Shown: positions 13,471 to 29,036, numbered from the stretch's first letter. The stretch is 64,000 nt of DNA from Chrysomallon squamiferum (GCA_012295275.1 CM022672.1:14446001-14510000), one strand, 5' to 3'. The notes: generated from the sequence alone by a model not told the origin. Made by a program: numbers and translations.

Positions 13471-14169
13471 CAGACAGACAGACAACCGTACGCACACGTA
13501 TTATTAATAAACCGGTTCGCCGAGTGCGGTAAAGACAAGTTTTAAATTTTTCATAAACACTCGAGTCTTACGAGAACAGCCGATGATTACTTTGCACACG
13601 TCTCGTCTCCGGCTCAGCCTGGCGGGACTGTGCCCGACTTCGCACCAACACCAATTCCAAATGCGGCCACGGGACGGAAATCTAATTGTCACGTCGAACC
13701 GTTCAAGTTTAATTGCCAGAGGTGTAAGCAATTCATTTCGTCCGCAGACTCACAGCACTTTTATACCCGCAGTCATTAAATTGAATACACACACCCATGG
13801 TTGCACTTTGGACATTTTCTTCTTCTTTTTTTTTCATTTGGACGCTTCAAGTGATAGCGTTAAATTGCTTCACATACGCGTTGACGCCTTCCGCGCGCGC
13901 GACGATATAGTTCTTAGGTCACGTGACGACAGCCCGACACCGAGGCTGTATTAATATTTAAAATGGCAGTCGGTTTGGAGGTATTTCGCTGCCGCTGACG
14001 ATGACACGGGAATGGATTGGTTTCCGTGTGAAAGTGCTAATTGTGATGTTGTAGATGGCGCACGGTTTTAAATTTAGAATAAAGACTTGGCCGCGTTTGT
14101 AAGTTATTCATGACAAATCTGCTGCCCGTTTGTCGAAGATTGCTTTTAGTTTTGTTTCATGGACGTATG

Positions 14170-14208
<39 letters not shown>

Positions 14209-15967
14209 ACATATATGCATGTTTTTAAGTATATATGTATATATGTATGTATGTTTGTATGTATGTGTATGCATTTATATTTCCCTATATATATATATTT
14301 TTTTTATATATGTATGTATGTATATGTATGTATATATGTATGTATTTATGTATGTATGTATGTATGTATGTGCGTACATGTGTGGGTACGTGAGTATGTA
14401 TACATGTGTATTGTTTTTTTCAAATCACTCATCACAGGTCGCTCGGAAGAACGAAACCCGGCACGCTAGGCGAGGTTCGGTGGCCGAGCCGAGTATTGGC
14501 AGACTGATAGCGATCGTGCGGTTTTATCAACGAATAACTGAAAAATCGAAAACTGACAATACACGGCGTGTTGAGATTTTGCTGTTGTGCAGTCTCGCAG
14601 CGATAAAAAGCAATCGGGAATTAAAGAAATGAAAACTGAAAAATCGCATCCAATTTCTCTGTTTGTTTCTGATGAGCGAGCGAAAACTTACAAGGTCTTG
14701 CAGGATAAACACGTTTTTGTGTGGCGGGATCGTCTCGGAGGGACGCTTTCGTGAAATGTCTATTAAAGAGCAAATTCGCTTAGTCAACAATTGATTGTCC
14801 TCTAGATAGAGTTACACCTACCTTATCCACAGCGCACCTCCGCAGTGGTCTCCCTTTTCCCCCGCGTGGCTCCGCCAATCAAGAATTTCTCGCGGAGTTG
14901 GTATTACAATTATGCGTCAATGAATTAAGCTAATTGACTTACAACTCCTGGTTCAAAATATGTAAAAACGCGCACGAGATTGGCGCGAAAATTGATGCTT
15001 AGCGCGCTCCGAGAGAAATTGATATGTCCATGTTTAATAGCTCAATGATGTGTTTCGCGTCCGGAGGGAGCAGCGGGCCACTTCGAGGCTAATAACGTAA
15101 CGGAAGTGAACGCCTGCAGCCGGGGACCGCCCGATGTTTGCCGAAGATCGCAGACAAAGTTTAATCAAACAATCCGAACAAATTGCCATTTTGCAAGCAA
15201 ATGAGTGATGGTGATGACATTATAGGAAATCGGTTCTGGCCTCCAGTTAAATAAGAAATGTCTTTTTATCGCTTTTTCGCGCGTGTGTGTATGTCTTTGT
15301 ATCGAACATTCGTCAATCATTGTTGGGTATCAGTGACAATCGACATTACTCTTCTTCTTTTTTTCTTCTTCTTCTTCTTCTTTTTTTTTTTTTTTTTGCA
15401 TTTTTTTGCACCACCTTTACTGTTGAAATTAGTTTTTAAACTGATGATTGTGATTGTATGATCGTCATTTTCTTATTGGTTCAAATCGACGAATGACTGA
15501 ATCTACAGGATTCAGCTGTTGTTGTAGTGAAGTAAAACGTTTTTCTATTATTATTATTATTATTTATTTTTTTTTATCTTAAAGTACGTTTTGATGTGGG
15601 TTTTTTTCTGTTTTTGGACAGCTGTAGTTTGACGTTTAGCTAACGATATCAGGTTCGATAATATATTAAATTTTTTGGAGAACATGAATATAACTTTGGT
15701 ATAATAATTTACGAATGCAGTCTCATTTCTTTTTAATTTTTGATGACAAAACAGTTGTTTTCTGTGAAGATATGTCAGCATATTTCACGACATGTTTCAT
15801 ATAAATGACATTATAGGAAATGTATTAAAAACAACAACAACAAACAAACAAACAAAAAGAAAACAAATGAAAAAAACAAAACAAAAACAAACAAAACCCC
15901 AGAACAATCAATGTTTTTTCTAAATGGTGTAAGTACATTTTAAGATATACCTTCTTCTTCTTCTTCT

Positions 15968-16012
<45 letters not shown>

Positions 16013-16800
16013 CACTGCTACTGCTATTATTATTATTATTATTATTATTGCCATTGTTATCATCATCATCATCATTATTATTAATATTAATACTTATTTC
16101 TATTATTCCTTTTTTGTGGGGGTGTTTGTTTGTTTTGACTGTTTACACGAAAAACAGACAAAAGATAAATATCTGGAACGATCAAACAATTGCAAAATAC
16201 AAATCTTAAAACACTACACATTAATAAATATATCAGATCCCGATTTTTCCAACAAAAAAAAAATAATAATAAACATATTACTTCTGAAACTCTTTCTGAA
16301 ATCAAACGTACAAAAAACCAAAACAAAACACTGACACACACAAAAATTGGGCATCTCCCCAGCGAAATGAACGCCACTTTCCCGTTTTCTCATTGTCTTA
16401 ATTAGCTTGTAACCAACGTGTGTTAAAACAAATCGTTTCAGTTTAACCACTTCACGTCTTGTATTGTGTGGGTTTTTTTTTTTTCTGTGTTTTTTTTTCT
16501 TTTTCTGAGGTTTTCTTTTAAAATGATGAATATATTATACCACGAGAAACAACACTGACTGAGCGGAAAGCGGTTTCAGGCTTTGATAACACGTCTCATC
16601 GAGTCAGCTGTAAATCGCGTGAAACGAAACAGATTTCTCGCAGAAACGAAGTAACGCTTTGGTAAAAAGACACCGCTGTGCCAGAGCGAGGCCAGGCCGG
16701 AGTTCGCCGGAAAGAAATGCTGTTACTTCCAAGTGATTAGCGATCGGTTCTGTTTCGTTTGATCCGAGAAATTTTTGTTTATTTAATTTAAATGTTTAAC

Positions 16801-16833
<33 letters not shown>

Positions 16834-16939
16834 GTAATAATAATAATAATAATAATAGTAATAATAAAAGTAAAAATGCGTTCTTAATGTTTTTTCATAA
16901 TTAATTTTAATATATTATTTTCAGGTGGTTTTTTTTACT

Positions 16940-16940
<1 letters not shown>

Positions 16941-17017
<77 letters not shown>

Positions 17018-17022
17018 GTCTC

Positions 17023-17061
<39 letters not shown>

Positions 17062-17191
17062 TTATCTATCAACATATTTCTTTGCTTTTTTATTTTTGTT
17101 TCAAAGATTTTCTAATTCGTATGAAAATATACATCGTCAATAAACTACGACTCTCTCTCTCTCAAGATGTATTTTTGTTCCTTCAATTATT

Positions 17192-17262
<71 letters not shown>
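16941..17262 (+). repeat. (TCTA)n/(TCTG)n and (TC)n microsatellites
   Basis: Direct inspection: tetranucleotide runs at 16941-17060 and a (TC)n run at about 17196-17262. Confidence 0.9.
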
Positions 17263-17267
<5 letters not shown>

Positions 17268-19512
17268 GTCTTTCGTTCTTTCTATTCCGTATTGATCACA
17301 TCTCCCAAATTACAAAGAGTGCTTCTCAATTATTCAATTTTTTTTTTATAACCTTTAGTAAAGAGAGTATTAAATTTATGATGGCTCGTTCAAATAAACG
17401 ATTGTAATAACGGTGTATCCGATTTCTCTACTTTGAGTGGCCTGTAATGTGGCCGCCTCGAGCAGTTCGGGGGGGGGGGGTGTTTTGGCTCTGAGAAAGC
17501 GGAGCTGCAGGTTTATTCGTGTTAGGAAAGAGTTAATTGTTCTGGCCAAGAGATAACGGTTATGAAACATCTGTCCCAGTCTCTGTTATAAACCAGCAGC
17601 CTGTTAAAGTTTTCAAGTTGTGCGTTAATTGGTAGGTAAGAGAAAAGATACACAGCGTGTCACGGTTTAAAAGGGTCTGACTGTTGCGATGTTTGGCGTA
17701 GAATTAATTTTAGTTTAATATATATTTCAAAACCAGGACTGACCATTTTGTATGTTTTACTATCATTGTTTTAGTTCAAATTCTGAAACAGTTCAGAATA
17801 TTCTTATCTCGATTTAATACAGATATGTCTGCGTCATTGTATTTTTGTAAGATGAATTAAGAAAGGATATTTTCTTTCTTAAATCTCAGTAATATGTACA
17901 GCGTATAATACCAGTACAATGATCAGAATTTTAAATGAATATAGTACTAGAAATAATAACTAACACATTATAATGTGTCAGATATAAGATTTTAAATTAA
18001 TATAATCTTACTTAATACTACTACTACTACTACTACTACTATTACTATTACTACTGCTACTACTACTACTACTATTACTATTACTACTGCTACTGCTACT
18101 ACTACTACAACCACTACTACTACAACTTATTTATTTATACTTTTATTTAATTTTGTATTTTCAGCTGGTGTCACTGCGGTTTGTCGCTGTTTCCTACCAT
18201 GGCATATATAAAACTGTATTAAATAATTACAGATAATCTTATTATTATTATTATTAATTTTTTATTTTTATTATTGCTCAAACTTCCTACCGTGACAGAA
18301 GGATTAAACGTTGAATTAAAACATGTTCAAATCGTTCTCAAACTGATGTAGAATATATTATCATAATAAGAGATGGGTCAATGTTTAACTCGAACTAATA
18401 GTCAAAATACTGTCGTATACGATAATATAAACAACAACAACAACAACACAAAACAACAACAACAAACAAACAAACAAACAAACAAACAAAAAACGAACGA
18501 ACAAACACACAGACACACAATAAATAAATAAAAACAGACACTGATGCTGAACAAATTAACGTCTTAACTAATGCACTGCAGTATATCAGTTTATCGCGTA
18601 ATACATGATCAAATTTGAAGTAAAAAATTAACATAATATTTCGTACTGACGACAGTAACGTTGAAAGAAAAAATATGCATTATCTTCATAACTAATAACA
18701 ACTGATTGTATTGTGTTTTTTCTCGTGATATCATTTCTCGTCATATTATCATTAACACGATATTGGTGAGGGGTTTTATTCTCTCACATTAACAGAGTAC
18801 CTGTTTAAGTCGAGTTAGTGACGGGAATTCTGATTATCAGAGGGTGAAGCTAATTTCCAGTTAAACGTTATCACGACATTTTTGTAACTGCGACTGTTGC
18901 AGTTATTACAGAATATGGAAATTTGCGTCATGCGTGTTTACCGACGTTGATATCTCTGACACCACGGCGACGGAAGGCGACAACGCAAAATGACATCGAC
19001 AACGCAATGTGACAGCGTCTCCGGCATCACACCGTTTAGCCCAACTCCGTCTTCGTTGTATCCTATTAAGCCATAACAGGGGGCCTGTTTGAGGTTAATA
19101 GCCAATGTCGTGTTTATCTTATCCGACATGAAAACAGGGCCGCGGGGAACAGCAATGCAATTGGCTTGATCATATACAACATCATTATGGATAGTAATCA
19201 ATAATTGACAGAATAACTGATAGTCTTTTGCCCACTCCCGTCTTCAAGTGTCATCAATTTCGGAAATGATCAATTTCGGAATCGCGGCAGGAATAGGGCT
19301 AAGACAAAGAGTGTAATTGTTGTGTGAGCTGAAGATGATATTGACACCACAATGATTGTCGATTGCCTGCGGGACGTTTGATGGCCTGTGTTTTGTTTTA
19401 CTGGGGCGCAGCTCGGCGCCTTACAAAACAACGGAATAGAGCTTGCATCTGTAAACTTAAAGTAGTATATGTGTGCGTATGGTGTGTGTGTGTGTGTTGT
19501 GTGTGACTGTGA

Positions 19513-19570
<58 letters not shown>

Positions 19571-20977
19571 TCGTTTTTTTGTTAAGAACAAATGGCATTG
19601 AAAGTACAATACTCTTAATGTGTTATTACAGACACTTTAGCGATTTGGACTTAAATGACTAAACGTCAAAACGGTTTAAAAACAGCATTTTGACTTACAT
19701 TCCTAAAAAGGATATAGCTAACTTAAATTGTTAATATTAAAATGTCTCAGTGTTTTGAAATTAATAACAAATATATGTATAATATGTTATAAAAATATAT
19801 TATTTGGACTTATATTACTAAAATGTTATAAAGTTTTAAAGTCACAATTTGTTTTTAATCATAATTATGTAATTTGGTACGTAACTTATTTATATTTTAA
19901 AAACCCTTTATTTTCACTTAATACCCACCCAGTTAAGTGATATGTCGTAAAGACTGGAGACCTGAAACTGAGGTCTTTAAAAATAATACATTTGGATGAA
20001 TATTTTCTTAATTTTTTTTCCATTTTTATTAATAATTACCCAGATTTTGACAATTAATATGCTGAATCGGACAATTTCAATGCAGCGATAGAATTCCCGT
20101 CATTTGTCTGTATAAAAAGAAATGTTTTCTCGAATTTCCATGAAAAGTCGCTCATATACAAAACGCATCTGTGCGATCATTTTTCACATGCATCAAATCC
20201 AGCACAGTCCTAGGCACCAAGGTGATAAAACGAAATATGAACGTGTTTCCAAGATGTTCGAGAAATCAGTATTGGCCTCAGATAAACACTGCTTAATGCG
20301 AATTCGTCCAAATGAAATAGTTAATGTTTGAGGATCAAATCTTCCAGTTGTTGACCTCTGTTATTTACATCCTTGCACCCGTACTGTGATGGCCACTGAA
20401 ATCTCCCATCCGAATAAAAGGGGATGGGAAATGGCCAGTAAGAAGTTGAAAGGTCTTTAGGGTTAAAATAAAAATTGTTTGGATGAGGTAAATAAACCGA
20501 GCATACAGTTACACTTTTATGAGCTAGAAATGAATAAATAAATAAATAAATAAATATATATTATCATACTTATTGCATTTTGTTACCAATATTTTATAGT
20601 TCTAAAAAAATAACAATGAATTTTAACATTTAAAAGTACTAAAATATGTTATAAACGAACTGTTTTGCAATATATACTTTAAACTACTGATTCTGTTTTA
20701 AATGCATTATATTTGATAACGAATAACTTAAAATATTAAAACTATTTTAAATACTTTGTATTTTGTAACGCATGACTTAGAATACTTACAATGTTTTGAA
20801 TGAACTATATTTTGTAAAAGTTTGAGTTAAAATAACAAGACTGTTTTAAAAGCACCGAACTGTATAACGTTAAACTTACAATATTAAACAGTGACAGTGT
20901 TTTAAAATCATAGCGTATAACGTATTTATTAAATAACCGCTCTATGCTGTAGTGTATGTATACCCGTGGCATATAAC

Positions 20978-21013
<36 letters not shown>

Positions 21014-21355
21014 GTATATGTACGTATATCTATAAATAATACCCGAAGCCTCTTGCTATACATTCGGTTCATAAACAGCCTTCCTCCGTTTTACACATTC
21101 ACACAAACAATCCTACCCCTAACTGACTCCCTGTTCGTTCTTGCATGCTGCTTGTTCGACCATCTTATTCTGTCCAATGTTGTTTAATAACGTCCAGCCC
21201 ACCCGACTTCCATGCTGTTGTGTCTGTGTAACCTTTTCTACGTGATTCACATTCCTCCCCCGAGATTTTGAACTTATGGATGACTTTTAAATATATTTAA
21301 ATGTTGGAGATATATGTTTTTTTTTCAGTTAATTTTTCGCCAATTTGTTGTCTGC

Positions 21356-21394
<39 letters not shown>

Positions 21395-21691
21395 TTTTTT
21401 TCTTGTTTTTTTTTTTAAAGAATGGAATCGACCTTTCTCAGAGACTGTGGTAATTAGATTATTTAAAACTGAACTAACGTCACAGATTAAACTGCGATTT
21501 GTAGACTTTGAGAGAAAAAACTCCCATACTAATGAAAAAGGACAAAAAAAACAAAACAAAAAAACAAACAAATGAGCGACAAAGAATTTTGCTTTCTTCA
21601 GTTGTAATATTTATTTATTTATTTATTTATTGTTAATTAATTAATTATTAATATCATCATTATTATTATGATTATAGTAGTAGTAATAGTA

Positions 21692-21730
<39 letters not shown>

Positions 21731-22651
21731 CAGCAGTACTATACATATTACTATTGTTGTTATAAAGTACACGTATACAGCCACAGATTTATAAACATGA
21801 CTGTAATTCAGCTATATTAACTAAATACTACAACCTAGTAAACATAATTTCTCGATACTTACATTAAATAAACAAAAGGAATATGGCCATAGATACAGAC
21901 AGCAATATCAGTAACGTCACATGTTCCATTGTTGACGTCATAATGAAGTAACCGTTGACCACGCAGTTTTACGTATGATGTAAATATTATTTAAGAATTA
22001 GAGGAATGTAATTGTCTATGAAAACAAAATTTCTTTAAACGCATTCAGCCGAAGTCAAGTAAAGACTTTACGACTGCAGTATCAGTATTTATGGATCTTA
22101 ATTGTTTATTAGTTTAGTGTGTATGTGTCTGTGCGCCTGTGTGTTTATAAGCATTCTGAAATTTTAATACTTTTCGTTGCGTGTGTGGTTGTCTGTGCGC
22201 ATGTGAATGTTCGTGTGTGTATGTATGTGTGTGTGTGTGTGTGTGTATGTGTGTGAGTGTGTGTATGTGTGTAAGTGTGTGTGTGTATACACACAAACAT
22301 ACATCTATGTGTTTCTGTATCGTCAAAAGCTTTTGTTTTCAGTATAATTAATATATAATAAATACCACTGTTGGTTCTACTGTTGCTGCTGCTGTTGTTG
22401 CTACTACTGCTACTACTACAAATACAACTACTACTAATACTTTTTCTACTACTGCTAATAATATATCCTTAATTATTATTATTATTATTATTATTTTTTT
22501 TTTTTTCGTTTTGATTTTAATAATAGTAATTGTATCTACATGTATTTGGTTGGAATTAAAGATATTTTTTTTAAATAAGCCATCGGCCTCAACACCAGCA
22601 TAGGATCAAATTGCATATCCGTGCCTAGCAATAAATAATCAGTGAAGTTTT

Positions 22652-22821
22652 CACACACCCACACATACACACACACACACACACACAGACACACATAAAC
22701 ACACACACACAGACACACACACACCGACACAAACACACACCCACACATACACACAAACACACCCACACAGACACACACACAGACACACATAAACACACAC
22801 ACAGTCACACACACACCGATA

Positions 22822-22872
<51 letters not shown>

Positions 22873-22991
22873 ACTCACACACAGACACACACATACCAAC
22901 ACAAACACACACAGACACACACACAGACACACACCGACACAAACACACATACAAACACACACACACACACAGACACACACACAGACACACA

Positions 22992-23022
<31 letters not shown>

Positions 23023-23177
23023 CCACACAAACACACACACACACACACAGACACACACACTAACACATACACACTCACACACAGACACACACATACCGAC
23101 ACAAACACACACAGACACACACACAGACACACACCGTAACAAACACACACACATACACACACACACACACACAGACA
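22652..23177 (+). repeat. Long compound (CA)n microsatellite with internal higher-order repeats
   Basis: ~525 bp of CA repeats interrupted by CAGA, CAAA and CCGA variants that recur in blocks. Confidence 0.9.
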
Positions 23178-23299
23178 TATCTATTTATAGGAAAAAATAT
23201 AGTTGGTGATAAAATAATTATGAAAATGATATAGTTAATTATGTTATTGAGCAAGGAAGTGACCAAAAACAATTAACAACAAATTGAAGTTAAAAATAA

Positions 23300-23360
<61 letters not shown>

Positions 23361-23593
23361 GAATAAAGAGATAAATAAATAAATAGCGTAAAAATAAATG
23401 ATTAACATTAAAGTAAATAAATAATTTTAATATAAAACAAATAACTCCAAAAATAGATGCAAATGAATTAATAAATTAACAAGGTCAAAAATATAATTTA
23501 AAACAAACAAACAAACAAATAAATAAATGAATTTTTTAAAAAGTAAAAAAAAAAAAAAAAAAAAAAAACGAAACAAAAAAAAAAAAAAAAAAA

Positions 23594-23821
23594 GTATTTT
23601 TAAAACTAACCGCATTGCTCTGAAACAACACAGCTGTATAAAATTGTTAACAAATTTATCTGATTTTTTTGTTTTATATCTTCACGCCATTATTATCATT
23701 CACTTTTTTTTTTTTTTTTTTCTTCTTCTGAAACATCTCTGGTCATCGCTTTGTGAAACACTAGAACGGCCTAGTTACCATATTAATTAAATCCCTTTCT
23801 CTAACACAGAACTGGGCTTCC
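23594..23821 (+). repeat. Copy 1 of ~230-bp near-identical dispersed direct repeat
   Basis: GTATTTTTAAAACTAACCGCAT...CTAACACAGAACTGGGCTTCC also occurs at 32179-32412. Confidence 0.9.
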
Positions 23822-24424
23822 GCACATGGCTGCGGAGTAATAACATAACTGGAGAAAAGATAGTCCCTTCGGGTGCTGGAGGTCAGAGGTTAACTTGAAA
23901 CGAAACATGTTTCCGTATCATTGTAATTGACAGCTATCTATGAATATGACGAATGGTGTCATTTTCAGTTAAGGAAAAGACCATCCCAGGAGGCTAGCTT
24001 TTCCATCGTGCAGTGCAAAATTGCAATTAATTGAGCGCGATTGCACACAGATATAAACGATGTGAAAGCTTTGTGACACATTATAGATTGCTTTGTGGCA
24101 GCCTCTGTGAAACTGTGGCTAACTTTACCGGCTTTTTAGAACGCTAGATGCAGGGATCGAGGACCGTTAACGGCTGTTTCATCTGAATTAATAATTATAA
24201 CAGCTATGCGATCGCTAAGTCTGGTCTCTTCTCGAACTGAATCATAAGTACAGAAATAAAAACAATAAAAGTTCAATACTGACAATTATCTAGAGGCAGC
24301 CATGTTTTCTTTTCTTCTTCCATTTTTTTCTAAAGTCTAAACTATTCAGAAAGTAACATAACATTAGCAACTTAATACAGAATGTAATAAATATGACAAT
24401 AACAGAATAGAATTAGAAGTAACT

Positions 24425-24465
<41 letters not shown>

Positions 24466-25897
24466 TGGTGGTGGCTGTGGTTGTGGTGGTAGTAGCAATA
24501 ATTCCAAATTAATTAAACAGCATTAGTAGAAATTATATTAAAACTAGTAACAGTAGTAATAATGGTATTACTAGCTAGCTAATAGTAGTAGTAGAGGTAG
24601 TAGTTGTAACAGAAGTACTATTGGTATTAGTAGTAATGTCAATTTCATTGATGATGAGGGTAATATACTTAAATAATATTCTTCCATTCTTTTTTTATTT
24701 ATCATTATCATCACAAAACGTATCTTTATGTTTTCCATTCAGAAAGTAACATAACATTAGCAACTTAATACAGAATTTAATTTTTGTCTTGTTTTTGTTT
24801 TTCTTGCGAAACGAAACTACAAATTAAATAACCAATGATGACCATCAAGGGAAAATCTTACGTGTTTAAAATACAGTTTCATTCAATTAAAATAACTGTA
24901 ACTCGAGAAACGTCATTTGCTTAACGACCAGTAGCAATAATTATGAAAAATACTTTTGATAAACGTCTCAGGTCAGGGACAGATCGAAATTTGCAATTCC
25001 GAGTTCTCCATTGAGTTGTTTACCGCTCCAAGAGTACACAAAGACTTTATATTTATTTTATTTTATATTTTTTTTTAATTTTATTTTTTTAATCAATGGT
25101 CGTGATAAACAAACATCCCTTGCTGTCAACTGGAGTGGATCGACGAACTGTTTAACAGAGTCGAGTCTCTCACTGGAAACAATCAAAGAAATCACTCCAC
25201 CAACTGAGAATGACCGTGTACCAACAACACCACCAATAGCTGTCGATTTATTAGAATAATACTAATAGTGTGATCAGCGGGTTTCCTCTCTTTTATTTTA
25301 ATTTATTATATTCATAAAATGACAATAATGATGATGATGATGATCATAATAATAATAATAATAATAATTAAAAAAAAAAAAAAAAAATAATAATAATAAT
25401 AGCCGATAACAGTAGAATATGATGAGTAAATTTAATAACTGTTCATTGATTAACTGAAAGTTCTATTTAAATATATGTAGTTTAATATTTAAATTATGTT
25501 AATATTTTTTGTATTATTTTGAATTTTAAAATAATAACAATGCAAATAATAGTAATAATAATAATAACAACAACAACAACAATAAAAGTAATATTATTAT
25601 TATTGTTATTACTGTTGTTGTTATTAAGAAGAAGAAGAAGAAGAAGAAAGAAAGAAATAAATGAAATAAAATAATGAAATAAAACTAAATAAAAATATAT
25701 AAATAGCTAACAAATCGATGCAGATGTCTTTAATAAGAAAATGTTTTTTTTTTAGCATTCTTGAAGTAATTTGTTTGGTAATTGTTTATTCGTCTCAGCT
25801 CAGAAAATACGTGTGTCTTCACTACACTGATTAATTATTTAACAGTCTTAAATCTAACGAAATCAAACTCTGTCATATAAACATAGGAAAGATTCTC

Positions 25898-25929
<32 letters not shown>

Positions 25930-26404
25930 AAATAAATAAAATAAAACATTTCTTCATTGCATTGATTAATTATTTAGCTATCTCGAATTCTGCCTAATTG
26001 ATCTCTATAAAATAAAAAGAATTAAAAAAAAAAAAAAAAAAAAGGAAGACAGAAAGAAAAACAGAATGGAGAGAAAACTATTTCGAAGCATGTTTTTGAA
26101 CATCTTGTTGTTTTCAGAGATTAAAACGAATTGCTACTAAATTTAGATAAAAATGATACGCACAGAAGTAATTAATGATTTGTTATTCTGGACAGATTAT
26201 TTATTTATTTATTTATTTATTAGTGACAGCTTAAGTGTAATTAAAAAATAGTTTAAACTATTTAGTTGTTTAGAAAATTTATGAATATATTTATACCTCA
26301 GAACTTTTTTTTTTTTTTTTTTTTAAATCAGTATTATGCTTGAAAGGATTTCAAATAACCTAATGATGTATTATATTAATGGCCAATTCAAGTTAACCTT
26401 TCTG

Positions 26405-26479
<75 letters not shown>

Positions 26480-28906
26480 TCAGAAATTAGTTATCTTATA
26501 AAACCCCCCGAAAAAATAAAAGCAAAAAATTACAAACCCACACACACTTCATTCTTATTATACGCAACAACGACAAAGTCCATTATGATTTTATTTTCCA
26601 CCATTAAGCGAACCTTTCTGATAATCGAGACAGCGGCCCTTGTATAAATAATTACTTTACGGTGGGCCGTTTGGATCATAATTGATGGCTCTACACCAGC
26701 AAATATTTTGGGTGTTTGATTATCCCAGTCGCGTGTCTGTCACCGCTGCAGACGGCGTCGCAGCTCGCACGTTTCATCTGTTGCCAATTTGACGTCGCTG
26801 TAGTTCAGTAATTGGCGAAGCGTACATGTGCGACGACCGACGTTCGGAATCGCCGACTTTCGCTTTGGCGGTCCGCAAATCGAATCAGCAGGTCCTCTGA
26901 GGGCCAGGCTTATATTAGTGCAAAAGAATATATTAGTTTAGCGGTAATTACACTGATGGTTACTTGGATGATGAGATTTTAAAAGAAAGCGGATCGCAGT
27001 CTCTTTAATTTCGTTGTGTCTGGTAAAAGCTCCCGCGGGACGGGCCCCATTAATAATGGGAGATGGCCGAAAAACGCTGTACAAATAAGCGAGCTTTTAA
27101 TATTCCGTTTTTTTTTTTGTTTTTTTGTGTGTGTGTGTGTCGCTAGCGGTCCGTACTCTCCCGGCGCACATTGCGCCATATATCCCCCCACCACCACCAC
27201 CATCCGCCCCGACTTGGGATTACGCGATTTATGAAGCAAAGTGATGGAGATAGACGTAAGTAGGTTTTTATTGTGGTGCGCGTTAGGCGAGGGTGGGATT
27301 TACAGGGCCAGACACAGTTTCGTGCTGTCCCGTAACAAAACAGCTCGATCCTTTGTTTTATTATTTCACAAATGTTTCGTGACGTCATCGAGACGTTCCC
27401 AGAGGATACTTTTTTTTTTTTTTTCATTTGTTTTTAATGTGTGCTAATTAATAAACCAAAACCGAATGGATTGTAAACCTTATCTGATTAACTAGATTGA
27501 TTAAATAATTAAATAATGATAATTTGTTGGGTTTTTTAAAGAAAAAAATATTGGAGATGAAAGGAATAATTCAACTGTATTAATGGTCGATGTCGTCGTG
27601 TCATCATCATAATCAGCATCATCATCTACATCACAATCATGGCAATCATCATCATCGCTATATTTATTTCTGCCTCTGTCTTATTATCTGTTATTCTTTT
27701 CATTATTCAAATTTCTACCTTATCCTTTTTTTTTTCTTTTTTTTTTTAAATAAACGTATTGGAAAAAGAAGTAAAAAATTGTTATGATGATTATGATGAC
27801 ACTAACGATGACGATGGTTAAACACTGACAAAAAGTGTAAAACAAATCTGCTTAAAAAATTGAAAAACACCAACAACAACTGCAATAAAACAATAGCAAA
27901 GACAACAAGATTTCACGTTTTTGCTCATTTTTAATTCTAACCGTACCCGTGTAAAACAAAATAAATAATTTACATTCCATGTAATACACTGTTTACATCA
28001 TACACGTACAATACAGGTCATGTCATCTTTTAAGGTACAGTTTAATGACGTCATTTCCTAGGCAACAAGCAATGATGTCGTCCTGCCATTGGCATTGTAT
28101 CAAAAGGTGCAACTGAATTATAATAACTAAACCTGACCAGTTAATATTTTGTTTTTGCTCATTTTATGGAATTCTGATAATTTGGATTTGAAAGATTTAT
28201 TTTATTATATTTGATAATACTGATAATCCTAACGATGAATAAGATTTTTTTAAATTATAAATAAAATAACAGTAATAATAATAAAACAAAACAAAAAACA
28301 AAACAACAACAAACAAACAAATGCATTTAAATAAAAAATAATTAAATAAATAAATAAATAAATAAGTAAATAATGCTGCAATCTCGATACATTTCTAGTT
28401 CTTATTTTTAAATAGCTACAAATAAAATAAAGATAAAGAACGTTATTGGACCCTAAAAATTCTTCCAGCTAGATTTATACATTTTCTGATTTTTGATCAA
28501 TGCAAAATAACCTGTACTTAATTCTTCAAGTTCAGTGATAAATATTACGATGAAGCTCGAAAAATTCCCGAAAATTGACGATGATCTAACATAAATCATA
28601 ATTAAAGGGTCAGAGCAAATTATTTCGTATGGTTTATTCATTCCTAGATTTACATTACTGCAGCTTATAGTTTAATCATATAAACTGAACCATCTATTCA
28701 TTTTACACGCTTTTCCGCAGTCACGACCATATCCGAAAATTTCCGAAGTCTAACGATGACCAATAACTTTCCGATGCGCAACAAAAGAAATAATGTAAGC
28801 CTGAATCATTGCTAGTTCTAACATGTGGCGAGTTAACAGCTAAATATGATAAATTATATAATCTATTTACACTTTGTTTATTAGGTAAAAATAATTTTCT
28901 TAATTT

Positions 28907-29036
28907 CTAAAAGGTGTCCTGGTTTGAGGTCGCACAAATGTTAGGATACAGCGTCCGACCGCTGTCTGTCCTTAAACTCAGCAAAAATTTCTGCGCCGTC
29001 TGCCGTTCAAGTTCCCGCTCTTCCGCGGTTTGTCGT
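28907..29036 (-). CDS. Tlx: Tlx-b coding exon 3 (shortened C-terminus)
   Basis: Acceptor TTCTGCAG, phase 2. Encodes [42 protein letters not shown]. Stop TAG at 28909-28907. Confidence 0.9.

Noticed and set aside
13583-13954. 123-aa ORF in complex sequence
   Set aside because: No recognisable domain or splice partner and it runs through a T-tract. More plausibly non-coding regulatory DNA.
22536-23272. Cys/Val-rich ORFs resembling metallothionein-like proteins
   Set aside because: Translations of (GT)n microsatellite. The same applies to the poly-Ile, Tyr, Leu, Thr and YVCM ORFs across the window.
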